The position numbers were made by a program, and so were the translations under genes. Positions 8,601 through 15,225 of a stretch of 32,000 nt of DNA are shown here, in pieces. How positions within the stretch are numbered: position 1 is the stretch's first letter; each line of letters begins with the position of its first letter. This DNA comes from Thermococcus kodakarensis KOD1. GTDB lineage: Archaea > Methanobacteriota_B > Thermococci > Thermococcales > Thermococcaceae. A model generated the notes under the pieces. That model saw only the letters and a program-made list of their open reading frames with translations, did not search any database and was not told the DNA's origin. Location: positions 1,710,001 through 1,742,000 of the forward strand of contig NC_006624.1 of NCBI RefSeq assembly GCF_000009965.1, written 5' to 3'.

Positions 8601-11009
8601 GAAAACATGGCCTACGTGAGAAAGAAGCCGAAGGCGGACGTCAAAGTTTATTCATTTGACCCAGAGAGCGGAAAGGTCGTCCTTACTGACATAGAGGACG
8701 TCATAAAGGCTCCATCGACGGATCATTTGATAAGGTTCGAGCTTGAGCTCGGCAGGAGCTTTGAGACGACTGTTGACCATCCGGTGCTTGTCTACGAAAA
8801 CGGCAAGTTCGTTGAGAAGAGGGCCTTTGAGGTTAGGGAAGGAGATAGAATCCTCGTGCCTAATTTGAAGCTTCCTGAAAAGAACATTGACTACCTTGAT
8901 CTGCTAAAAGAGTTCTCCAGAGAGGAGTTTGCTCATCTTCACGATAGGATAATGGTTCGTGGAATAGCAGAGTGGCTCCGCTCAGTTGAGGCTGATGTAA
9001 AAGAAGACTACCTGCGCAGAGACTCCATACCTTTGAGCGTCCTTCTAAGGGTTCTCACGGAGAAAGAGATATCCATTGAGGAAGTACCTTCCTGCTGGCT
9101 TGGATTTAAGCGCGATAAAGTAAGAATCAAGCGGTTCGTACCTCTCAAACCTCTCCTCCGCGTCGTTGGGTACTACCTTGCCGAGGGCTATGCAAGAGAA
9201 AGCAAGAGTGTCTATCAGCTGAGCTTCTCGATGGCAGAGAAGGAGGTTAGGGAAGACCTCAAGAGGGCACTCAGAGAAGCTTTCGGGGACGGTTTTGGTA
9301 TCTACGAGAGGGGAGGGAAAGTTACAGTTGGCTCGCGTATTCTCTACCTGCTGTTTACGGAAGTTCTGAAGGCTGGAAAGAACGCATACAGCAAGCGCGT
9401 TCCGTCTCTTGTTTTCACACTGCCACGTGAAGCCGTTGCAGAGATGCTTAAGGCATACTTCGAGGGAGATGGAAGTGCCCTTAAGTCCGTGCCTCGTGTG
9501 GTAGCGTATAGTGTTAATAAGGCCCTCCTTGAGGACATTGAGACACTGTTGCTTGCCAAGTTCGGCATTCGTGGCTATTACACCTTTGACAATAATGCCA
9601 ATAGAGGCAACGCTCGCGGGAGACTGTATCACGTTGAACGCGGAACTGAGGCTCCAGTTTCAAAAGTCTACGCCCTTAACATTGCAGGTGAGCACTACCA
9701 CAGGTTCTTCAATAGCATTGGCTTTGTGAGTGAACGCAAGAACTCAATCTATGAGCTTCATGCTGAGAAATCTCCAGCTCAGGATAGATATTCCTCACAG
9801 AATGGCTGGCTGGTGAAAGTCAGGCGCATTGAATACATCACACCAAAAGATGATTTCGTGTTCTCTTTAAACGCTAAAAAGTATCATAATGTGATAATTA
9901 ACGAAAGTATTGTAACACACCAATGCGACGGCGACGAAGACGCTGTAATGCTCCTCCTCGATGCCCTCCTCAACTTCAGCAAATACTATCTGCCCGAAAA
10001 GCGCGGCGGCAAGATGGACGCTCCTCTGGTCGTTACCACCCGTCTTGACCCGAGGGAGGTAGACAGCGAGGTTCACAACATGGATGTGGTCAGGTACTAT
10101 CCTCTCGAGTTCTACAAGGCCACCTACGAGCTCAAGTCTCCAAAGGAAGTGAAGGTCATAGAGCGCGTTGAGGACCGCCTGGGCAAGCCCGAGATGTACG
10201 AGGGGATAAAGTTCACCCACGATACGGACGACATTGGTCTCGGCCCGAAGATGAGCCTGTACAAACAGCTCGGCGACATGGAGGAGAAGGTCGCCAGACA
10301 GCTCGCTCTGGCAGAGAGGATAAGGGCCGTGGATGAGCACCACGTTGCTGAAACGATAATCAACTCTCACCTCGTTCCGGACCTTAGAGGCAACCTTAGG
10401 AGCTTCACGAGGCAGGAGTTCCGCTGCGTCAAGTGCAACACGAAGTACAGAAGGCCACCTTTGACCGGCAAGTGCCCGAAGTGCGGCGGAAAGATAGTCC
10501 TCACCGTCAGCAAGGGTGCAATAGAAAAGTACCTGCCCACGGCCAAGATGCTCGTTACTAAGTACAGAGTAAAGGACTACACGAGGCAGAGGATATGCAT
10601 AACCGAGAAGGACATAAAGACGCTCTTCGAGAACGTCTTTCCTGAGAAACAGAGGACCCTCATGGGCTTCTCGGCGGACATCTGCGAGAAGATGGTCAAG
10701 GAGAGGACGGGTCATTCCAACGGAAAGAACGGCTACCTCGACGAGTTCAACGGGAAGAACGGAAAGGCCAGCAAAAAGTCTGGGAGTTTAGCCTCAAAGC
10801 TCTCTGGAAAAGGCAAAGAACCCTCGAAAAAGAAGGAGAGTGCAAAACCCAAACGCTCCGAGAAGGTCAAGAACCTCACCAGCTTTGAAGCGGCCGCTAA
10901 GAATGAGCAGGCAAGAGGAACGGCAGGGAACGCTAAGAAGGCTGAGAGTGAGAAGCCAAAGAGAAAGAAGCGGAAAGGCATAAGCCTCGACGAGTTCTTC
11001 GGCTCGTAA
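5613..11009 (+). CDS. polC: DNA polymerase D (Pol II) large subunit DP2, intein-containing precursor (1798 aa; 1324 aa after splicing)
   Basis: Starts immediately after the DP1 stop. Cys clusters are CPKCGHVGPEHLCPVCG, CPKCGADY..CPKCD and CVKCNTKYRRPPLTGKCPKCGG. The conserved DP2 catalytic region is split by an intein. Lys-rich C-terminal tail ends in ISLDEFF. Confidence 0.95.
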   Translation: MSEEIYSPEMKAYFESLQREIDRAYAIARKARAQGKDPSFDVEVPQATDMAGRVESLVGPPGVAERIRELVKEYGKEIAALKVVDEIIEGKFGDLGSKEKYAEQAVRTALAILTEGIVSAPLEGIADVKIKRNEWADGSEYLALYYAGPIRSSGGTAQALSVLVGDYVRRKLGLDRFKPSDEHIERMVEEVDLYHRAVTRLQYHPEADEVRLAMRNIPIEITGEETDKVEVSHRNVPGVETNHLRGGAILVLAEGVLQKAKKLVKYIDKMGIEGWDWIKEFVEAKEKGKSSEENKDESKAEDTGTESVAEKKENVEKGFYYELYEKFRANIAPNKKYTKEIIGGRPLFAEPSTNGGFRLRYGRSRVSGFATWSVNPATMLILDEFIAIGTQMKTERPGKGCIVTPATTVEGPIVRLKNGSVVRVDDYETALKVRNEVDEILYVGDALVNFGDFVENNQTLLPANYVEEWWVQELVQAIKDLYEVELQPFAENDREAVEEAAEYLEVDPDFLWNLLKDPLRVKPDVETAIHLSTVLDIPFHPYYTLYWNTLQPEEVEELQKALLGAQIEWAEFRKNRFAKKVVLENDKNIKRYLELLGLPHRLERVEKKRKVIVVEYPWSAALLTPLGNLEWEFKAKPFYTVIDIINENNRIKLRDRGISWIGARMGRPEKAKERKMKPPVQVLFPIGLAGGQSRDIKKAAEEGKTARVEIAFFKCPKCGHVGPEHLCPVCGTRKELLWHCPKCGADYPESDAKDFNYRCPKCDVELKPYAEREIKPADLLRQAMDNVKVYGIDRLKGVKGMTSGYKMAEPLEKGLLRVKNDVYVFKDGTIRFDATDAPITHFKPKEIGTSVEKLRELGYTHDFEGKPLERDDQILELKVQDVILPYEAGRYLLKVARFIDDLLEKFYGLPRFYNAEKMEDLVGHLVIGLAPHTSAGIIGRIIGFSDVLVGYAHPYYHAAKRRNCFPGDTRILVQINGLPQRITLRELYDLFEDERYENMAYVRKKPKADVKVYSFDPESGKVVLTDIEDVIKAPSTDHLIRFELELGRSFETTVDHPVLVYENGKFVEKRAFEVREGDRILVPNLKLPEKNIDYLDLLKEFSREEFAHLHDRIMVRGIAEWLRSVEADVKEDYLRRDSIPLSVLLRVLTEKEISIEEVPSCWLGFKRDKVRIKRFVPLKPLLRVVGYYLAEGYARESKSVYQLSFSMAEKEVREDLKRALREAFGDGFGIYERGGKVTVGSRILYLLFTEVLKAGKNAYSKRVPSLVFTLPREAVAEMLKAYFEGDGSALKSVPRVVAYSVNKALLEDIETLLLAKFGIRGYYTFDNNANRGNARGRLYHVERGTEAPVSKVYALNIAGEHYHRFFNSIGFVSERKNSIYELHAEKSPAQDRYSSQNGWLVKVRRIEYITPKDDFVFSLNAKKYHNVIINESIVTHQCDGDEDAVMLLLDALLNFSKYYLPEKRGGKMDAPLVVTTRLDPREVDSEVHNMDVVRYYPLEFYKATYELKSPKEVKVIERVEDRLGKPEMYEGIKFTHDTDDIGLGPKMSLYKQLGDMEEKVARQLALAERIRAVDEHHVAETIINSHLVPDLRGNLRSFTRQEFRCVKCNTKYRRPPLTGKCPKCGGKIVLTVSKGAIEKYLPTAKMLVTKYRVKDYTRQRICITEKDIKTLFENVFPEKQRTLMGFSADICEKMVKERTGHSNGKNGYLDEFNGKNGKASKKSGSLASKLSGKGKEPSKKKESAKPKRSEKVKNLTSFEAAAKNEQARGTAGNAKKAESEKPKRKKRKGISLDEFFGS
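8502..9923 (+). mobile_element. Intein (474 codons) with LAGLIDADG homing-endonuclease domain in DP2
   Basis: In-frame. The N-terminal splicing block CFPGDTRILV follows extein ...AAKRRN. Block B is TVDHPVLV. Two LAGLIDADG motifs are present (VVGYYLAEGYA, LKAYFEGDGSA). The C-terminal block is VFSLNAKKYHNVIINESIVTHQ, followed by the +1 Cys of CDGDEDA. The flanks closely resemble the P. abyssi PolII mini-intein as I recall it. Confidence 0.9.
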
Positions 11010-11084
11010 CATTCTCCTCTTGGTTTCCTTTTCGTGTGTTCGATCTCCGTTAAGCATATATATGATAAAATCGTCTATCCATTG

Positions 11085-11771
11085 ATGCTCAATCAGTTCA
11101 AGCTCCTTCCCAGCGTCGCCTACCTGCGCGTTCAGAAGCAGGCCTTCATAGGCTATTCCATGCCCCTGGCTGGATGGATAGGGGAGTATCTGATAAACTA
11201 CCAGAAGCTTCCGAGGCCGAACTTCTTGGGCAGGGCAATGGCCAAGCTGGGCTTTCACCTAGCTGGGGAGGATAGGGACGACCGCTTTATCACCCAGTTC
11301 TTCACTAAGGGGAGCGTTTCAATAAGCGCTAGCTGGGACGTCGAGAGGGAGGCTCTTTTCCTCCAGCTCATCCCTCTCCGTTCGAAGCTCTCCAGGGGAC
11401 TGACCATCAGGACGGAGCACATAGAGTTCTACGACCAGTACGTTGTCTCGATTGAACCGGCCGGAAAGCTCCCACCCGGGGTAAAGGGAATAGGGATAAA
11501 CGCCCTCATCCTTGAGGACTTCTACCCTGTCGAGACGCCATACTGGGGCATGCTCCACGAGGACTGGGAGAGCGAGCTCAACCTGGTTGTGATGCGCGAT
11601 GAGGTCTATGAGAGGCTCCACCGCGAGGAGTACCGCTGTCCCGTCTGCTTCTCGCCGCTCCACGAGGAGAAGGGCATCTTGAAGTGCTCCAAATGCGGCT
11701 TTACCTACGCCCCGGAGAACGACTTCGAGAGGGTCATGGAAGAGTTCTCGGTGGAGGAGTTTGCGTTTTGA
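11085..11771 (+). CDS. Hypothetical protein with C-terminal zinc ribbon
   Basis: The ORF-track start is GTG 11034; the first ATG is 11085 (MLNQFKL...), and ATATATAT-like TATA sequence lies at ~11056. C-terminal CPVCFSPLHEEKGILKCSKCGF is a CxxC...CxxC ribbon. No family recognised. Confidence 0.6.
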   Translation: MLNQFKLLPSVAYLRVQKQAFIGYSMPLAGWIGEYLINYQKLPRPNFLGRAMAKLGFHLAGEDRDDRFITQFFTKGSVSISASWDVEREALFLQLIPLRSKLSRGLTIRTEHIEFYDQYVVSIEPAGKLPPGVKGIGINALILEDFYPVETPYWGMLHEDWESELNLVVMRDEVYERLHREEYRCPVCFSPLHEEKGILKCSKCGFTYAPENDFERVMEEFSVEEFAF

Positions 11772-11829
11772 GGTCCCTAATAAAAAGTCAGATTGGGAAA
11801 AGGGTTAAATAGCTTATTTTGGGGTTGTT

Positions 11830-12801
11830 ATGTGGGTGGTTAACGTGCCGGATTATTTTTTGGTGTCTTTATCAAATCGAGAAAACTTAGAGCTCTGTGT
11901 TAAGTACAATTTAGCGGGGTTTACGAACAGTATAAATGGTCTCTGGACTTTCTTTGACATAAGTGTTGGGGATTATATATCATTTCTCTACGGGGCCAGG
12001 GTTCGAAATCTGTACCGTGTCGTCAGGAAGGTAGCTTATAAAAACGCAAGGGATCTTCCTCCCTGGCCTCCAATAACTTTCAGATCACAAAAGACTTATT
12101 ACTTCCCATTCCGGCTGTTTTTGAAACCAGAACGAGAATTTAACGAGCCTATGGTTCGGCAAGAGTTCTCTTATGTTGCCGAAAACTTGCTATTAAGAGG
12201 AGGTTATCGTAAAACTCATTTTCAAGCCGATACTGTAACATTTTACAAGGTTTCTGAGATGGGCAATCCTTTTGCTGGAGAGCCGGAGTACTTGGAGCTT
12301 AATGCAGAAACATTTGAGCCAAAAATTGTGTTTGACAGGAAAAACCAGAGAATTCCTGAGAAGTTCTACTTTAGGGAGCTTATACTCCAGTCGCTGGTGA
12401 GAAAGAAACTTGGAGTCACGGTTCTCCGTGATGTTCTGGAGATATTTGAAGTAGATAATTCTCCAGAGGAATTTGAAGTACTTGGTGAAAAAGCTCTTCC
12501 AGAAGGATACGTGGACATTTTCATAAAACTGAAGCATCCTTCTGCCCTTAATAGGTACATTCTTGCGGAAGTTAAGACTGGAAAAGCCCAGAAAAAGGAT
12601 GTGGAGCAACTAAGAAAGTATCTAAGTGAATACGGGAACGAGGCGGTGGGTGGACTGTTGATAGCCAAGGACTTCTCAAGATCGGCCTTTGAAGATGATC
12701 GGATAATTCCTGTTAGATATTACTTCAAGGAATTAGATCCCTTTGGGGAGTATAGTTATGATGAGCTTTTGAGTATGTTGAAGCTGGAGATAGTAGTATA
12801 A
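11830..12801 (+). CDS. Predicted fusion of a PUA/EVE-like N-terminal domain and a NucS/RecB-type PD-(D/E)xK nuclease C-terminal domain
   Basis: 323-aa ORF in an AT-rich islet. The C-terminal region [11 protein letters not shown]...[45 protein letters not shown] aligns by eye with the NucS/EndoMS catalytic domain pattern GIVDVL...VVLELKRRRA..HAVRQLKSYV....V.GILVAPS (D...E-x-K). The N-terminal [23 protein letters not shown]...[18 protein letters not shown] resembles EVE/PUA-like beta-barrels; this part is tentative. Confidence 0.6.
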   Translation: MWVVNVPDYFLVSLSNRENLELCVKYNLAGFTNSINGLWTFFDISVGDYISFLYGARVRNLYRVVRKVAYKNARDLPPWPPITFRSQKTYYFPFRLFLKPEREFNEPMVRQEFSYVAENLLLRGGYRKTHFQADTVTFYKVSEMGNPFAGEPEYLELNAETFEPKIVFDRKNQRIPEKFYFRELILQSLVRKKLGVTVLRDVLEIFEVDNSPEEFEVLGEKALPEGYVDIFIKLKHPSALNRYILAEVKTGKAQKKDVEQLRKYLSEYGNEAVGGLLIAKDFSRSAFEDDRIIPVRYYFKELDPFGEYSYDELLSMLKLEIVV

Positions 12802-12939
12802 AGAAGCGGTTGTTTATGTTTGTGTCCTCTGGTATTACATACTCTTTAGCTGATGAAATGTACCCGGATACTGACAACTTCTAGGTCTTGGGTTTTGATC
12901 AAGGAATCCCTGAGGAGGAAGAGTTTGGTGGCCTTCCTT

Positions 12940-13400
12940 TAAGAGGGGAAAACAATTAGGGTTTTTCCTTGCTCTTTTAACGCCCTTTGGTCGTTATACT
13001 ACAAGTAAATCTATTGAAAACCGCCAATTGGGGGGGGGGGGAGAATCATGAAAACTTGGCAATTTAGAAAGGATATTCACTCTTTGATGAAACTTTGCCC
13101 TGCAAAGTTTCTTTGGTCAGGCTTTTTCCAAAAGCTTGCTGGCGAAAAGTTCCACCAAAGGCACTTTCCATAAAATGCTGGGTGTTAATCGTGCACTCTT
13201 CTCCTCCCGATCTCTAAGATGGGTTTAACTGCCGAGGTAGTTTTATGAAGTTTGCTTTTTTCTGGCGTCCTTTGGATGCTTTGTTGGCGACAAACACTTT
13301 ATAAGAGCAAATGAGGAGTAAATTCCTCCCAGGTTTGTATTTTCAGAAAAGCATACCCTTTCTGCCATCCCTCGAGGAATTTGAACGGGGTTGAAAGCTA
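12940..13400. repeat. Dispersed ~1.7-unit copy of the tRNA-linked repeat family
   Basis: TCTTTGATGAAACTTTGCCC (13081..13100) is 20/20 identical to 16879..16898. The degenerate hairpin AACGCCCTTTGGTCGTT+ATACT (12979..13000), TGGGTTTAACT (13220..) and ...AAAAGCATAC..CTGCCATCC..TTGAACG..TGAAAGC (13348..13399) are colinear with units of the 16081..17177 array. Confidence 0.75.
13030..13041 (+). repeat. Homopolymeric G12 tract inside the repeat copy
   Basis: ATTGGGGGGGGGGGGAGAATCA. The homologous position in the unit at ~16830 has GTTGAGCATTGAGAATCA instead. Confidence 0.9.
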
Positions 13401-13545
13401 TGATTGCACAAGCAAGGGCTGATATGGTGCAGGGCCTGAGTTTGAACCTTGTAAATGAAATTCTAGTATAAGTATAGTTGGTGTGAGAATAATTTGAAGA
13501 AAACCATAGATAAAGTGGCGGATATAAGGAGAAATGCACCTGGCA

Positions 13546-14124
13546 TTATTTCTTTTCGGAGTATGGGTTAAATACCAGAGTCCTGCCTTCGTAAGGGGAA
13601 AAACTCACATATAACTTTCCGTTTTGAAGTTTTACTTGCGGATCAAATGGATAGCAACCGCCTCCAGTTCTACAGCCTTTAATTTCATGATAATACCAAT
13701 CCACCTTTCCACTCCCTAAATCAAATGCCCAGACATAGCGGTTTTGCAGATGGTAAACTATGTCAATATCCTTGTAAAGTCCTTCAATCCCAACTATTCC
13801 CCTCTCACCAACCACCGCCACATAAAGGGTTTCATTGTGAATTAAACACTGACCTTCACCACTGAAGTCTCTGCTTAGATTAACTTGAATGCTCTTAATG
13901 ACGTCCTCATTTTTCATCAACAGTATAAGGCCATTCTTTACTTCAACAGGACAATCCGAGTTTCCATTTAGTGAACTGTCAAGTACTTCGTTAGGCAATT
14001 TGCCCTCTTGGATCGGCGTGGTGTATTTATAATCGTAATATGTAAGCCTCAGATAGCTAACTTTCAGAGGTACAACTGGCAAAAGAAAAAATAATAGCAA
14101 CAGAGCCTTCACTTTTCTTCTCAT
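13546..14124 (-). CDS. Hypothetical exported/membrane-anchored protein (signal peptide, beta-rich, 4 Cys)
   Basis: MRRKVKALLLLFFLLPVVPLKVS is a signal/anchor sequence. AT-rich codon usage matches the islet. The ORF-track start is TTG 14130; ATG 14124 is preferred. No family recognised. Confidence 0.6.
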   Translation of the reverse strand: MRRKVKALLLLFFLLPVVPLKVSYLRLTYYDYKYTTPIQEGKLPNEVLDSSLNGNSDCPVEVKNGLILLMKNEDVIKSIQVNLSRDFSGEGQCLIHNETLYVAVVGERGIVGIEGLYKDIDIVYHLQNRYVWAFDLGSGKVDWYYHEIKGCRTGGGCYPFDPQVKLQNGKLYVSFSPYEGRTLVFNPYSEKK

Positions 14125-14258
14125 TTCCAAATCCCTCCAATATATTCCACGACCTCATTATCACTCTTTAGCTTTTGTAGTTCTGCGTAATTAGCGTCTC
14201 TTACGATGATTTTAAATCTTATATGAGCAACTTTTGTATTCTCAAACTTTTCTAACAT
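14121..14258 (-). CDS. Possible 45-aa small protein translationally coupled to the exported protein
   Basis: Read by eye: MLEKFENTKVAHIRFKIIVRDANYAELQKLKSDNEVVEYIGGIWK. Its TGA overlaps the downstream ATG (ATGA). Below the ORF-track length cutoff. Confidence 0.3.
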   Translation of the reverse strand: MLEKFENTKVAHIRFKIIVRDANYAELQKLKSDNEVVEYIGGIWK

Positions 14259-14277
14259 TTGGTCTTTTGTAGTTTTG

Positions 14278-14367
14278 CAGGTTGTGATTAGACATTCATC
14301 TCAAAGCAAACTCTTTAAAAATCAGTCAAAAACTTTCCGCCAGCGCTTTCGTCAGAAAGGGCTGTTA
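14278..14367. repeat. Truncated terminal part of the repeat unit abutting the tRNA-His 3' end
   Basis: AACTTTCCGCCAGCGCTTTCGTCAGAAAGGGCTGTT (14331..14366) matches 17141..17176 at 35/36 positions. The upstream segments TTGTGATT...CTCAAAG..CTCTTTAAAAA are also shared. Confidence 0.8.
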
Positions 14368-14445
14368 TGGGGCCGGGGCCGGGATTTGAACCCGGGCTAG
14401 GGGATCCACAGTCCCCTGTGCTAACCAGGCTACACCACCCCGGCC
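14368..14445 (-). tRNA. tRNA-His (anticodon GUG) with encoded G-1 and CCA
   Basis: The reverse complement folds as a cloverleaf: G-1, acceptor GCCGGGG/CCCCGGC, D-arm GTGTAGCCTGGTTAGCAC, anticodon stem-loop GGGGA-CTGTGGA-TCCCC, T-arm CCGGG-TTCAAAT-CCCGG, discriminator C, CCA. Confidence 0.93.
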
Positions 14446-14471
14446 ATCTCCAGCTTAAGCTTTTGGGTTAG

Positions 14472-14485
14472 CTTTATAAAGTTTT
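14472..14485 (-). promoter_or_regulatory. BRE/TATA promoter of tRNA-His
   Basis: The minus strand reads AAAACTTTATAAAG ~27 nt upstream of the tRNA 5' end. It is near-identical to the box upstream of tRNA-Pro. Confidence 0.6.
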
Positions 14486-14586
14486 CGTCAGAATCGGCGG
14501 AAGAAGGTATCTGGTGTCCTTTTAGGTGGATAACTCCTGTATGGGCTGATATTATGTGAAATCAAAAGGTCAGAGGTGGATTAAAG

Positions 14587-15225
14587 ATGAAAGCCAAGCG
14601 AGAAGCCCTTCAAAGCCTGTTCACGGCCATGAGAGATGGAAAGGTTGACGGGGACATAATAGACCTCCTCCTGCTCATCAACTCCATTAAGGGCATCTAC
14701 ACTACCTCCTCCTGCTCGGGAAGGATAGGCATCATTGAAGAGCCCGCTCTGGGGGCAAAGCCCCTCTCCCGCTGGCTGATAAAAGTCCACAGGCCGATTG
14801 AGTTCGAAGAGGCTAAGGAGGCCCTGAAGAACGCGAAGGAGGGCATAATTTTCCTCAAGAGCCAGCCCCCGATCTTCCACGTCGTTGCTGAAGACCTTGA
14901 GAAGGCCAGGAAGCTCCACGAGCTCGGCCTGGCCTCGGGCTTCAAGTACACTACCTTCAAGGTTATCTCAAAGCGCTATCTTGTTGAGATAAACGCCACT
15001 GAGTACCTGACGGCACCGCTCGGCAGGGACGGCAGAGTTCTCGTCGATGACGGCTACCTCCGCTTTGCGGTTGAGATAGGCAACGAGATGCTGAGGCGCT
15101 CAAAGGGCAGACTTCCCCGCCTTGAAGAGAACTTCAGAAGGCTAAGGGAAGAGCTTGGAACGGACGAGCTTTTCTATGAGCTTGTGGAAGAGTATAAAAT
15201 CAGAGAAAACTGGGAACTCCCCTAA
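14587..15225 (+). CDS. taw3: tRNA wyosine-derivative methyltransferase Taw3 (TYW3 family)
   Basis: 212 aa. Contains the TYW3 hallmark motif (S/T)xSSCxGR as TTSSCSGRIGI. GGTGG SD lies upstream of the ATG. Confidence 0.8.
   Translation: MKAKREALQSLFTAMRDGKVDGDIIDLLLLINSIKGIYTTSSCSGRIGIIEEPALGAKPLSRWLIKVHRPIEFEEAKEALKNAKEGIIFLKSQPPIFHVVAEDLEKARKLHELGLASGFKYTTFKVISKRYLVEINATEYLTAPLGRDGRVLVDDGYLRFAVEIGNEMLRRSKGRLPRLEENFRRLREELGTDELFYELVEEYKIRENWELP

Noticed and set aside
10794-11258. 154-aa minus-strand ORF bridging the DP2 end and the Zn-ribbon gene start
   Set aside because: It overlaps two plus-strand genes and the intergenic promoter region. It has no motifs, and its composition mirrors the Lys-rich tail of DP2 read in antisense.
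13370-13450. tRNA T-arm-like strings (GGAATTTGAACGGGG, CCTGAGTTTGAACC) that could be tRNA fragments or att remnants
   Set aside because: No complementary T-stem or acceptor pairing could be built. The first string is colinear with GACGCTTGAACGCTAG of the repeat unit at ~16350, so it belongs to the repeat. Neither string matches the tRNA-His or tRNA-Pro sequence.
13243-13539. 98-aa minus-strand ORF
   Set aside because: It lies across degenerate repeat-family DNA (colinear with non-coding units at 16.1-17.2 kb). The translation is compositionally odd and has no SD or promoter context.
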